From positions 208,010,001-208,074,000 of the forward strand of contig OZ024741.1 in NCBI GenBank assembly GCA_964016885.1: a DNA stretch of 64,000 nucleotides, in the 5' to 3' direction. This document shows, one piece after another, positions 1-12,041 of this stretch. Source of the DNA: Eledone cirrhosa (lineage: Eukaryota). The notes beneath the pieces are model-generated. The model saw only the letters and a list, made by a program, of their open reading frames with translations. It searched no databases and was not told where the DNA came from. The position numbers and the translations under genes were made by a program. Numbering within the stretch: position 1 is the stretch's first letter; each line of letters starts with the position of its first letter.

Positions 1-155
1 AAACTATATATATATATATTGTATATGTGCAACATATATACGTGTATCTATGCATACATATGTACTTATGTATGTATATGTACATATAATATGCATACAA
101 ACACACAGGTAAATAACGAACATATATATGTATACATATGTATATGTGTGTGTGT
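1..155. repeat. Degenerate (TA)/(TG) low-complexity tract
   Basis: Alternating TA/TG/CA runs; overlapping ORFs are Y/I/V/C repeat artefacts. Confidence 0.85.
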
Positions 156-405
156 ATCCCGGGTTCAATCGGGGGTAATCACAGTAATTAAGGTTCCAAT
201 ACATAGTAGAGTATATACAAGATTTAATATAGAAATAGTTTCTACAGGACTAAAACAGTTTCATTCATATATATTCAATACAAAGTGTGTAAGCGATTCT
301 ACCCCAATGGATATAAATATATGCACATATCTGTAAACACATATCAGTAAACAGATATCAGTAAACAGATATAACTTTATCCTATTCTTCAGCTGGTAGC
401 ACATT

Positions 406-805
406 TCAGGTGTCGCAGAAGAGAGGGGGTGAGGGTGAGGGGGATTGTGATTTGGACCTAGGGTAAGGAGGCAGGAGTGCTGTCCGGACGATGGTCAGTG
501 ACACCCGCTGCAACAGCCACCCGACATCACGGGGCTCCCTCCTGTACGGGAGCTGACGCTCCGATTCTGTGAGTAGCTCGGCAGTACGGGGTCCAAATAT
601 GCCTGAGGTCTCGACGGCGACCGGTGCGGAGAGGAAGTGACCAGACAAACCCCGATATTTGTTTATTTTACGTTCTTCTGTGAGGCGCGGGCTGCGATGC
701 CGGGGTTTGTGGCCGAAGCCACTAAGTTGGAGGCGGAGAACTTGTCGCAGCAGGTGGTGTCTCTGAAGAGGGATCTACCTCCTTCGAACGGGAATATCAC
801 GGGCG
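406..805 (-). pseudogene. Degenerate C-terminal restriction-like endonuclease (RLE) fragment of a CRE-type non-LTR retrotransposon
   Basis: Minus-strand translation, with a frameshift, gives IFPFEGGRSLFRDTTCCDKFSASNL...KINKYRGLSGHFLSAPVAVETSGIFGP...WLLQRVSLTIVR. This matches the CRE RLE pattern (P..G+.L.WD.T..D ... K..KY ... P.A.ET.G..G ... QR.S..+.R). Confidence 0.7.
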
Positions 806-1074
806 CTAATTATGTGCAAATGTGTGTGTCCATTTCAGAGTAATACTACAAACAAATGGGTATATACACCCATCAAATACATGTCTCTTTGTGCTTGATT
901 GGATGATGTACACCTCTTCTGAGTGGGGTCCAATAAGATCCGAAAATTGATTAAAGATGTTTATCATTCTTATCAATTTACATGGAAATTTGCATTTTCT
1001 CACAATTTTATTAGATATGTGTATATATTTATACATGGTGGTGCAGTTTCGGTTACACCCCGACAACAACAAAA

Positions 1075-2469
1075 TTGAAAACAACATTCGCACATACTGT
1101 GATAAACAAAACAGAATATAAAGAATTGGAGATCAGCAATTCAAAACAGATGTCTGGTGCGAAACAATTTATAACATTTGAAGAAAAGGGTGGGTTTCAA
1201 AGGAACTCACCCTTGGAAATTAAACGAGAAACAGTTCGAAGGACAGTGACCTTCAGAACTGTTTCAAATCAAAAAAAAAAAAAACGGCATTCCTCAGTCA
1301 AGGGCAAATTGAAACCACCTTGAAAGAGGTTCTGCCGGACATTGATTTTATGCAGAGGCCAGTCTATATGGAAGTATTTCGGTACATTTTAAAAACGAGG
1401 CTCTCGCACGAAAGCATTCTGTTACACCCGTCATTACAAAAGCACACGCCTTTTTTCCCTACTTAGGAGGACGACCAGAAAAAGGTGGGCAGGAAATTCT
1501 GGGTGGAAATTCTGATACAAATGAAACCAGAAAGAATTTCCAAAATCCTCGAAAGAGTGCTGGTCGACAACCAGAACTACATTAACATTGTAACTGGAGG
1601 CAGAGAGCCACACTGTTTTCGATTTGCAAGCACATCACATTTAAAAGCTTCCTGCCCTTTACAAACAAATTTAAAAAAAAAAGTACTTTTGTCAACACCA
1701 AAACAACCACCATCACCATAACAACAACACATAAAACAAGCAAACATACCCAAACAAGTAACCACTCAACCACAAAAAAAACAGAAAAACATAGTCAGCA
1801 CCCCCGAAGAATACATCCCACCCTACCCCACTCAATCCAACACTACCACAAACACACACCAAAACACCATCACTATACAACATACACATAGCCCACACTC
1901 CTGATGATGATTATTCATTAACAGACGAGGCTGCTTCTCATTCTTTAAGTGAAGAAGAAGAAGAGCCTCGGAAATGCATAAAAATTAAAAAAGAGACACC
2001 CCAAAACCCCCAAAACTCCAATCACACAACCACAGACACAAACAACAACACAAAGAACACCACAACCAAATCTCCCCAACCAACAAAATAAATACCAACT
2101 CCACTCCAAACACAAAAAAGAAAACTCACAGACGAACAACAAACTAAACAACACAACCAAAACAAAAACAACTATATACATACATCAAGACAAACAACAA
2201 ACATTTTATGGAGGTCATCTAACAGGACCCCAAAGTGGAAACTGAGGGGAAAACTTTTGTCAAGGCAGATTCTCAACCACACCTAAACTTATAAGGTTTC
2301 GATAGAAACCTATCAGAAATCCAAAGAAAAGTTTTCACAGGTCTTTGGCAACCCCTGCCAAAAACCAATAAACATTTTCCTGTTGAAATGTTTCCCCACC
2401 CCACTCAACACCCGCACCAGAACTAAAATGGAGATTGAACAACCCGATCTCCAGGAAACGAAAAGGTAA
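1075..2469 (+). pseudogene. Copy A ORF1 (frameshifted)
   Basis: Fragments FAHTV..., TVTFRTVSN, QMKPERISKI, CFRFASTSHLKASC are homologous to the intact ORF1 of copies D/F/G. Confidence 0.85.
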
Positions 2470-2510
2470 GTGCACCTTTTCGTCCTTTTCGCCAACTCTT
2501 CTCCACCAAC

Positions 2511-5500
2511 ATGGCTGACTTACACGTTGGAAGCGTGAATGTGCGTGGCCTAGGGATGCCCTGGAAACAGGGCCAACTTTTAAACGACCTTAGGTCACTC
2601 GGTATAGATGTAGTAGCCATCACCGAGTCCAGGATCCACAACAGGCAGCAACTAACCCCGATTTTCAATTACTTTGAGATCTACGCATCTCTCTGTCAGC
2701 CAGGAGATGGAGGGGGAGTGGCTGTCATGTTTCGGAAAAACCTGGATCTCGAAGTACAGCAAGTACACTTGGACCCGAAGGGTAGACTTATAGTCCTAGA
2801 CGCGAACAGTATTGGAGGTGGAGCCTTCAGACTGGTGGCTGTTTATGCCCCGACCGGGCAATCGCAATCCCGGCCAGACTTCTTTAAGGGTCTAGAGTCT
2901 TTTCTGGGAACGTCTTGCTCGTTGCTTTAAGTGGGGGACTGGAATGGTATCCTAGATGCACGATGGGACTATGTAGGATCATGTCCCAGTAGAGCGGGGT
3001 GCAACAGCCTCAAACATTTAATCAGCCAATTCCAACTGGCCGATAGATATTCGACTGGATTTCCCAACTGCACCACAGTGGACGTGGGCAAACCGCAGCG
3101 GGACATCTAGATCGTATTTAAATAGGTTCTTAATTAGAGAAAGGGACAGGGAGATGTTAAGCTATCCACAAATGTACATGGTTGCCTATTCAGATCACAA
3201 GCTAATCGTCTGCAGAGTCAACCGCGATAGAATACATAGACAAGGACCCGGATACTGGAAGCTGAAAGTGTCGTTGCCTGTACGAAAAGCCTACAGTGAA
3301 CGGATAAATAGATTAGTTAAGCAAGAGTTGATGGGAGCCATCGTCAACAATAGAAGGTGGTACTCTCTCAAGAGAGTAATTAGAGTAGAATCGATAGTGT
3401 TTAGCAGAGAATTAGCTTTAGAGAAAAACAAATCAGAAACAGAACTAGGAGCCAAGGTGGAGGAGGTTTTTAGGAATGGCAATGCAGGTAGAGTGCTAGC
3501 ATCGAGAACGGCACTGGAACAGTTCTTCGACGCAAAACACGAAGGCTGCGTGGTCGGAAGTAAATCACGTGCTCTAGGAAACGAGGGAGCAAAAGCTGTT
3601 GGCTGGGCCCGAGTGGCGGAAGCGAAAAGTGGCAACAACTCCACGATTCGGTCTTTGAAAGATCAAAACGGACGCGTGCTACTTGACCCCAAGCAGATGT
3701 ACGCGACCTTTCAGCGGCACTTTGCGCGACTGTTTGAGCAGAACGACGGTGCACCGAACGGGGCAATGGACTTTTGTTCATACCTCGACGGCCTGCCGCG
3801 TCTCTCGAGCATGGACGCCGAGTTCTGCGAAAGACTGATCACAGCCACTGAGAAACGGGACACTCTGGGCCGCTGCGGTAAACGCAAATCACCCGGTCTA
3901 GATGGTCTACCCTATGAATTTTGCATAGGCATGCCGGACTTGTTCTCTGGCGTCCTCGAAGCCGTCTATTGCAATTGGCAGCAGAACGGGACAACTCCCA
4001 GTTCTGCAGGCAAGGGCGTAGTAACGCTGATCAGGAAAGTCGAGAACAAGGGGGACGAATTAAACAATTTCAGGCCCATAACTCTGCTCAACACAGATTT
4101 GAAGATTTTGGCCAAGGTGCTAGCAACGATGCTGGCGCTTGTCATCGAAAACCTGGTAAGGAAAGCGCAAACGTGTGCAATCCCGACCAGGTCCATACAC
4201 GACAATCTCCACTTTATGCGATACATCATAGAGAGGGTTGGGTGTAAACCTGGCTTCGGTGGGGCTCTGATCAATTTAGATCAGTCTAAGGCATTCGATA
4301 GGGTTGGCCATCGATAATTGGAAGCGGTTCTCAAGGCAGCCGGTTTCGGTCCCGTTTTCAGAGGCTGGATCAAGGCGATGCACACCAGCATCTGCTCGAA
4401 GGTCAAGGTGAACGGCACCCTATTGGAACCGTTCGCAATCACGCGTTCCATTCGACAGGGATGCTCTCTCTCCTCCATTCTGTACGTATTGTCTCTAGAG
4501 CCACTACTGCGGAAGCTGAAGCTTTTTCAGTTCATCCATTTAGAACCGGGACTGCGAAAAGAGGCGTCGGCTTATGCCGTCGACGTGACGGTAATGGTGT
4601 CGAGCACCTCGGAAATCGAAGTAATCGGTAACCTACTACAGGAATACGAAAGATTCACAGGAGCAAAACTGAACCCGGATAAGTCTGTCGGTTTGCAACT
4701 CGGAACGTGGAGAGAGAAACCGATGCCGTCCGACAGCGTCGTCGGATGCTGAACGGAAGGACCGGTGAAATTGGAACGAGGTCATGGCCAAGGTATTTGC
4801 GCTCACCCAGAAGTGGGCAGGGTGCAACCTATCCTTGAAAGCTCGAGCGGAGGTGGCGAACACTTTCATAGCGTCCGTCATCTACTACCGCTTGTCTGTC
4901 CTGCCTTGTCCCCGTGAATACCTCACCAAGATGGAACGCATGCTCTTCCAGTTCCTGTGGAAGAAGCAGGCTACGCTGGTGAGGAGATCCGTCTGCTGTC
5001 AACACCCTTCCAACGGAGGGCTGGGCATGCCGTGGCTAACGATGCGCAAAACATGCGCTGAGGCTACGGCATCTCCAGGTATTCCTCACAGACCAACCGG
5101 TGTGGTCACCGTTTGTGAGACAGGCCTTCCCACACCTTGTCTCGCTGACGGAGCTTTAGTCCTGGGTCAAGCGAAGACCGAAGAAGCTGGGCACCTGTTA
5201 CATTGAATGCGCCCAGGCAGTTACAGTCCTCTGTCAAACGGGCACAGCAATCAGTGGAGACTCCACTTCGACATTCTATAGAGGGTTAGTACTTTACAAG
5301 TGCGACGACGTGCTTGGGGAGACTCTAGGCGTCGTAGACGACGAGCTCACCCGTCTGTTCGGTAGGACTTTCTGCCTGGGAGCTATGGACATCTTCCAGA
5401 GGTCCCTGGTCTGGCAGTGCTACCGAGGAGCTCTATCCGTTCGAGATAAGATCTACAGACACAGACGCCCCGCCAGGGATCCTTCCAAGAGGAGGTGTCC

Positions 5501-5909
5501 AAGATGCGAGCAGGACATTGAAACCGTCTTGCATGCAATTGTACACTGCCCGGGCGTAACCGACCTGTGGAACTATGCAGAACAACTGCTGATGCGTATG
5601 GGGCAAATCTAGTTGATTGCCGAGTCCATAGTAAGCATCAAACCGCCAGCCTCTTTCAGAAACGAAAGAGAGGCGGTTTACCTCTGTACAGTGGCTATGG
5701 TGAAAGAAGGTATATGGTGGACGAGATTGAGATGACTGAGGACAGATGCCTTTCTCTCCGGACAATAATTGATTCCCTTCTTTAAGTATCACTTTAGAAG
5801 GAGAATCAATCTCTCAGAGAGGCACTGCACCCCAGTAAATTTACTAAAAGGTGTTGAATGAAGCGAAAATCGCCGAGTGATTGGGCCTTCTCAGTTTATA
5901 AGCCTGTAA
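2511..5909 (+). pseudogene. Copy A ORF2 (APE endonuclease-RT-zinc finger), multiple stops/frameshifts
   Basis: GSVNVRGL, SDH, GPGYWKL, KSPGLDG, RPITLLNTD, LDQSKAFDRV, RQGCSLS, YAVD, CPRC..H...HC. Confidence 0.92.
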
Positions 5910-6142
5910 GTTAAAGAAGAGAGAAAAGGGAAGAAGGGAACACTTGCACAACACGCTCCTGAAGTTGAGGGTTGTTCTATCGACGGGGTATTAAACAACC
6001 CATTTGTGGCGCTTCCTCCCTATTGGGGATTTCGATTGTTATCATTGTTTGTTTCATATTTTTACAGGATAGTATGTAAAATCCCCGGAATGTGTCTTTG
6101 TTTTGTCCCCTTTTCTTGTGCGCCTTTGTGGCTAATAAAGAA

Positions 6143-6143
<1 letters not shown>

Positions 6144-6210
<67 letters not shown>
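6144..6210. repeat. (TATC)n microsatellite between copies A and B
   Basis: Pure CTAT run. Confidence 0.98.
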
Positions 6211-7194
6211 CGTAATTTATTACGAGAAGCGGTAAGTCTGTTTAAGTAATTTGTTATTTGTTGTGTTTAACCCCTCGCGTGTGCCTGCAGACGTTGGGTA
6301 AAATAAATTTATTAGTTATAAGTTGTCGATAGAAAGTCGTTTAGTGACAATGGACGTCATTAATACGACGCATGCCCCCCCCCCCATCCCAAGGAAAGTG
6401 AAAGAGAGGATGTAGCAGCACAACCCTGTAAGCCTTCCCTCCTCACTCCCGCAAAAGACACCACGGAATCAAAAGAAAAAATTGTGGAAATGGGTGAAAA
6501 CCCCAAAAGTAACAATTACACAAATAAGAACATAATAACAATAACAACACAACCAAAAACAGCAATAATGACAATAATAACACAACCAAAAACAGCAATA
6601 ATGACAACACCAACAAAGGAAAATAGCAAGCCAACACGAATAACAACAACAATGACAACAACACGAAAGAAAACGGACCCACAGCTGCAGTATTCTTCGC
6701 ACAAGCGGTCCGAGAAACGCAGACATTCAAGGCACTGGACATCTCGAATGCCAAGTAATTGCTGAAAGAAGCAAGGAATTGTGTAAATTTTGGGGAAGGT
6801 GGGGAATTCACAAATACCTCCCCCGAAGAAATTAGAAGGGACACAGTCCTCAGGACTGTAATCTTTAGGACAGTTCCGAACACGACTAGGAAACTGGCTC
6901 AATTGTCCCAAAGCGAAATTGAATGGTCCTAAGTAGTGCCAGGAAGGATATCGCTTTCATACAGAAAGGGAAACTGTATGGAAGCATATCTGTTTTAATG
7001 CAAGATGAGTTGGCGGCACGGAAATATTCTGTGTCGCCAATTGTATCCAAAGCATACACCTTTTTCCCCACATATTTGGAGAAAAGAACTCAAAAGATAA
7101 GAATCTCGGGCATCAGGCCAAATGCAAACATTTGGTGGGTGCTAACGGGATTCTTAGAAGAAGAGGACACAATCCTTTCCATAGGCAAATCCAC

Positions 7195-7432
7195 CTACAT
7201 ACTATCGCGTAAAAATATGAAACAAACAATGATAACAATCGAAATCCCCAATAGGGAGGAATCGCCACAAATGGGTTGTTTAATACCCCGTCGATAGAAC
7301 AACCCTCAACTTCAGGAGCGTGTTGTGCAAGTGTGCCCTTCATCCCTTTTGCTCTCTTCTTTAACCTCCAGGCTTATAAACAGAGAAGGCCCAATCACTC
7401 GGCGATTTTTGCTTCATTCACCCACCTTTCAG
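7195..7432 (-). mobile_element. Inverted fragment of an A-type ORF2 end/3' UTR inserted in ORF1 of copy B
   Basis: Reverse complement aligns by eye to about 5842-6077 of copy A. Confidence 0.9.
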
Positions 7433-8509
7433 TATTCGGCAGTATTCGGCGGCAATTTGCCTTGAAGTTCTGGTCCAAATGAGACCAGAACGGATAGCAA
7501 GAATACCACAGATTGTGTCCCTGGATGGAGTCGCCTTCATAAACATTTCTGTTGAGGGCAGGTGGCCTTCATGCAACCACTGTTCAAGAAGTGGTGACCT
7601 GAGAGCTTCCAGCCCCATTTAAATGCCCCCCCCCCCTCCCACAAAAAGACGCTTCTGCCCACCCCACACACATCAACACAACCACCACCACCACAACAAC
7701 ACGAAAAAATAACAATACAAGACACTGTCCCACCCAACCCTTCCCCATTTAAAACAAATACAAAAGCAACCACAACAAAACCCCAAAATATACCCCTCCC
7801 CAACAACACGGACGGGGACCCCTTATCAACGTCCCCCATTGATGACGAGGGAGAACCCTTTCAACCTGTAAAAAGAAAGAAAAGAAGGCACCACATCAAC
7901 AAAAATGCAACAAACACACAACCACCAGCACAAACAGAACAAACAGAACAAACATCACAAACAAAAAACCCACCCCTCCCGAAAACATAACACATACTAC
8001 AAAACGCAAACATACACAAAAACAAAAACAAACACAACGCAACAAAAACAGTATACATACATCAACACAAACAACAAAACACTTGTGCAAAAAATAGACA
8101 AAGACCCTTCGGTTTAAACCGAAGGGTCTTTGTCTATTGTTTGCACAAGTTTCCACTGAAGGGAAAATGTTAACCAACGCGGTGACTAAACCGCATTTAA
8201 AAATGATTAGGGTCCCATGGGACACATACGCAATGCTCAAACAGAACTTTCCCGAGGACGTGGGGAGCGCCTGTACTAGACCTAGCAACCGCGTCCTCTT
8301 GAAATGTTTCCCCACCACCACCCCATACACCCCTCCCCCACCAAACACCTCCGCCCCACCACACACTGATGTCCCCATCACATCCCAAACCACCACCCCA
8401 CCAAACAACCCCGCCAACACCCACATGGAAATTGTGCAGCCTGGTCCCCAGGAGAAGGACAGGTAGGTGTCTTTTCCTTTTTCTCCACTCTAAACTATTC
8501 ACCACCAAC

Positions 8510-11500
8510 ATGGTTGTTATAAGAGTTGGATGTTTAAATGTGCGCGGCCTGGGGATGTCCTGGAAGCAGGGCAAACTCTTAAATGACCTCAGGTCGCACA
8601 GAATGGATGTGATAGCTATTTGCGAGTCCAGGATCAGCAGCGAGCACCAACTGGCCCCCATCTCGACGACTTTGAGATCTATGCACCTCTCTGTCAGCCG
8701 GGAGCGGAGTGGTCGTTCTGCTGCGAAAACACCTGGGCCTCGGAGGGTCGACTGGTGGTTCTAGACGTAGGCAGTACTGAAGGTGGACCCTTCAGGCTGG
8801 TGGCAGCGTATGCTCCATCTGGGACACCGCGACCGGACTTCTTCCAACGCCTAGAGACATTTCTGGGAACGTCTCGCTCCTTGCTTTTAGTGGGGGACTG
8901 GAATGGTATCCTGGATGCACGTTAGGACTATGTAGGGGCATGTCCTGATAGAGGGGGGTGTAACCACCTCAAACGGTTAATCGGCCGATTTGATCTGGCC
9001 GATAGATATCGACTAGATTTTCCGACTGTGCCACTGCGGACGTGGACTAATCGCAGCGGAACATCTAGGTCTCAGATAGAAATAAGGATAGGGACATATT
9101 AAGCTGTCCACGAATGTTCATGGTTGACTATTCGGATCACAGAACCCATAGACAAGGACCCGGTTACTGGAAGCTAAACTTGTCCTTACCGACAAACAAA
9201 GCTTACAGTAAGCGGATTAGCACTATAGTTAAGCTGCGGTTGACGGGGGCAATTGTCAACAGCAGGTGTTGGGGATTTCTCAAGAGAGAAATTAGAATAG
9301 AATCGATAGGTTTTAGTCAGGAATTAGCATCAGATAGGAATAGAACTGAAAGGGAATTGATAGATAGAGTAGAAGAAGCGATTAGGAGGGGCAACGTGGC
9401 CCGCGTGCTGGCGTCAAGACCAGTTCTTTGACGCGAAGCTCGAGGGCTGTGTTGTCAGGAGTAAAATACATTCTCTGGGTAACGAGGGAGCCAAAGCTGT
9501 TAGCTGGGCCCGAGTGATAGAGGCAAAAAGTGGAAACAAGTCCACGATTCGGTCTTTGAAGGACCAGGATGGACGCGTGATCCTTGAACCTGAGCGGTTG
9601 TGCGCGGCCTTTCAACGGCGCTTTGCACGACTGTTCGGGAGGGGCGACGGGCCGGGTGAGGCCATGGAATTCGGACGGGGAGGCTAAGTGCTGCGAAAGG
9701 CCAATTTCAGCCGCCGAAATAGGGGAAGCGCTGAGCCTATGCGGCAAACGCAAATCTCCCGGTCTCGATGGTCTACCATACGAACTTTATGTAGCGATAC
9801 CGGACTTGTTCTCCGATCTCCTCGAGGCGGTCTACTGCAACTGGAAACAGAACGGGAGAATTCCCAGTTCCGTGAGCAAGGACGTAGTCACGCTGGTGAG
9901 GAAGGACGAGAACAAGAGGGATGACATAGATAACTTCAGGCCCATAACTCTGTTAAACACAGAGTTAAAGATTTTGACAAAGGTGTTAGCGAAGAGGTTG
10001 GCGCTTGCCTTCGGGAACCTGGTGGGAGAAGCGCAATCCCGTCCAGGTCCATACACGACAATCTCCACCACATGCGATACATCGTAGAGAGTTTAGGGAA
10101 CGAACCCGGCTTTGGTGGGGCCCTTATCAACTTGGATCAATCTAAGGCGGTCGATAGGGTTGACCATCGGTACCTGGATGCGGTGCTCGAGGCGGCAGGC
10201 TTCGGACCTGTTTTCAGGGGCTGGATTGCTGCAATGCACAGCAGCAACACCTGCTCGAAGGTCAAGGTGAACGTCTACCTCTCCGACAGGGATGCCCTCT
10301 CTCCTCCTCTCTGTATGTGCTCGCTCTCGAGCCACTACTGCGGAAGCTGGAGCTGTTGCAAGGAATCCCCTTGGAACAAACGATTGCGGAAAGCGGTGTC
10401 GGCCTACGCCGATGACGTGACAGTAATGGTGTCGTGCGCCTCGGAAATCGGGCACATCGGCACCTTACTGGGGGAATACGAAAGGTTTACAGGAGCCAAG
10501 CTGAACCGGGACAAGTCCATCGGTTTGCAACTCGGAACGTGGAGAGGCGAACCGATGCCCTCCGACGGCGTCGTCGGACGCTGGACGGAGGGGCCGGTGA
10601 AGCTGCTCGGGGTCTGGTTCGGACCGGACCTCCAGGTGGAGAAAAACTGGGACGAGGTAACGGGCAGGGTGTTTGTACTCGCCCGGAAGTGGGCCGAGTG
10701 CAAACTATCCCTGAAAGGTCGAGCGGAGGTGGCGAACACTCTTATGGTGTCCGTCATCTACTACCGCTTGACCGTCGTGCCTTGCCCAGCGAAAACGCTC
10801 GCCAAAATGGAGCGCGCGCTCTTCCGATTCCTTTGGAAGAAGCGGGCCCCTTTGGTGAGAAGATCCATCTGCTGTCAACACCCTTCGAACGGAGGGCTGG
10901 GGATGCGTAGACACGCATTAAGGCTACGGCACCTCCAGGTATTCCTCACGGGTCAGCCGGTGTGGGCCCCTTTTGTGAGGCTAGCCTTTCCGAGACTCGT
11001 CTCACTCACCGAGCTGCAATCCTGGGCCAAGCAAAGACCGAGAAAAGTGGGCGACTGGCACATTGAATGTGCCCAGGCGCTCACGGCCCTCTGGCAAGCG
11101 GATGCGGCAATCAGTGGAGACTCAGCCTCAACATTCTATAGAGGGTTGGTGCGCAGAAAGTGCGACAACGCTCTCGGAGAGGAGAGGCTCTGAGCATGGA
11201 GGAAGACGAGCTAGCCAGTCTGTTCGGAAGGACGTTTGGCCCGGGACCGATGGACAACTTCCAAAAGAACCTGGCTTGGCAATGCTACCGAGGAGCTCTA
11301 CTCGTTCGGGACAAGCTCTACAGACACGGTCGCCCGAGTAAGGACCCCTCGAAGAAGATCTGTCCGAGATGCGTGCGTGACGAGGAAACCGTCGTGCACG
11401 CATTCGTACACTGCCCGGGCGTTGCTGACCTCTGGGGCTATGTGGAACGACTACTGTCGCGGGTGGCACCAATTCGGTTGACCACCGAGTACATTGTAAC

Positions 11501-11783
11501 GATCAAACCGCCACCCTCCCTTCAAAAACGAAGGAGAGGCGGTTTTCCTCTGTGTGATAGCTATTTGCGAAAGAGGTTGTATGGTGGACGAGGTTGAAAG
11601 GGCTGAGGTCAGACACTTTTCTCTCCGGCCAACAACTGGTCCTTTTTTTCAAGTACCATTTTAGAAGAAGGATCAGAATGGAGAGACAGGTGCTCTACCC
11701 CAGCAAGTTTTATGAAAGGTGGGTGAAAGTGGCGAGAATGGCCCGAGTGAATTGGCCTCCTCTCTATATCAGCCTGCATGTGA
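8510..11783 (+). pseudogene. Copy B ORF2, disrupted
   Basis: GCLNVRGL, GDWN, KSPGLDG, YADD, CPRC motifs across several frames, with internal deletions. Confidence 0.9.
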
Positions 11784-12041
11784 GAGAGGAGAGGAAGGAG
11801 GAGATGAAGGGAGCACCCGCTCTTTGTGCTCCTGAGGAGGAGGGTTGCACATTTTTTTCGGGTGTGTGTGCGACCCACGTCAACGCCCCCTCCCTATTGA
11901 GGACTTCGATTGTTGAATTTGATTTGTTATATATTTTTACACGTCCCTTGAAATGTATGTAAACTCCCCCTCTTGTATTTGTCTCAATCTTTGATGCCCT
12001 GGTGGCAAATATATAGAAAGTTATCTATCTATCTCTCTATC

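Larger units (their letters stand above)
1060..6144 (+). mobile_element. Tx1-group non-LTR retrotransposon copy A (5' end missing, decayed)
   Basis: ORF1 remnants, ORF2 remnants, and a 3' UTR ending GCTAATAAAGAAA directly into (TATC)n. Confidence 0.92.
6211..12021 (+). mobile_element. Tx1-group copy B (near full length, decayed)
   Basis: 5' UTR, ORF1 remnants ending at 8466, ORF2 remnants from ATG 8510 to about 11780, and a 3' UTR followed by short TATC. Confidence 0.92.
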
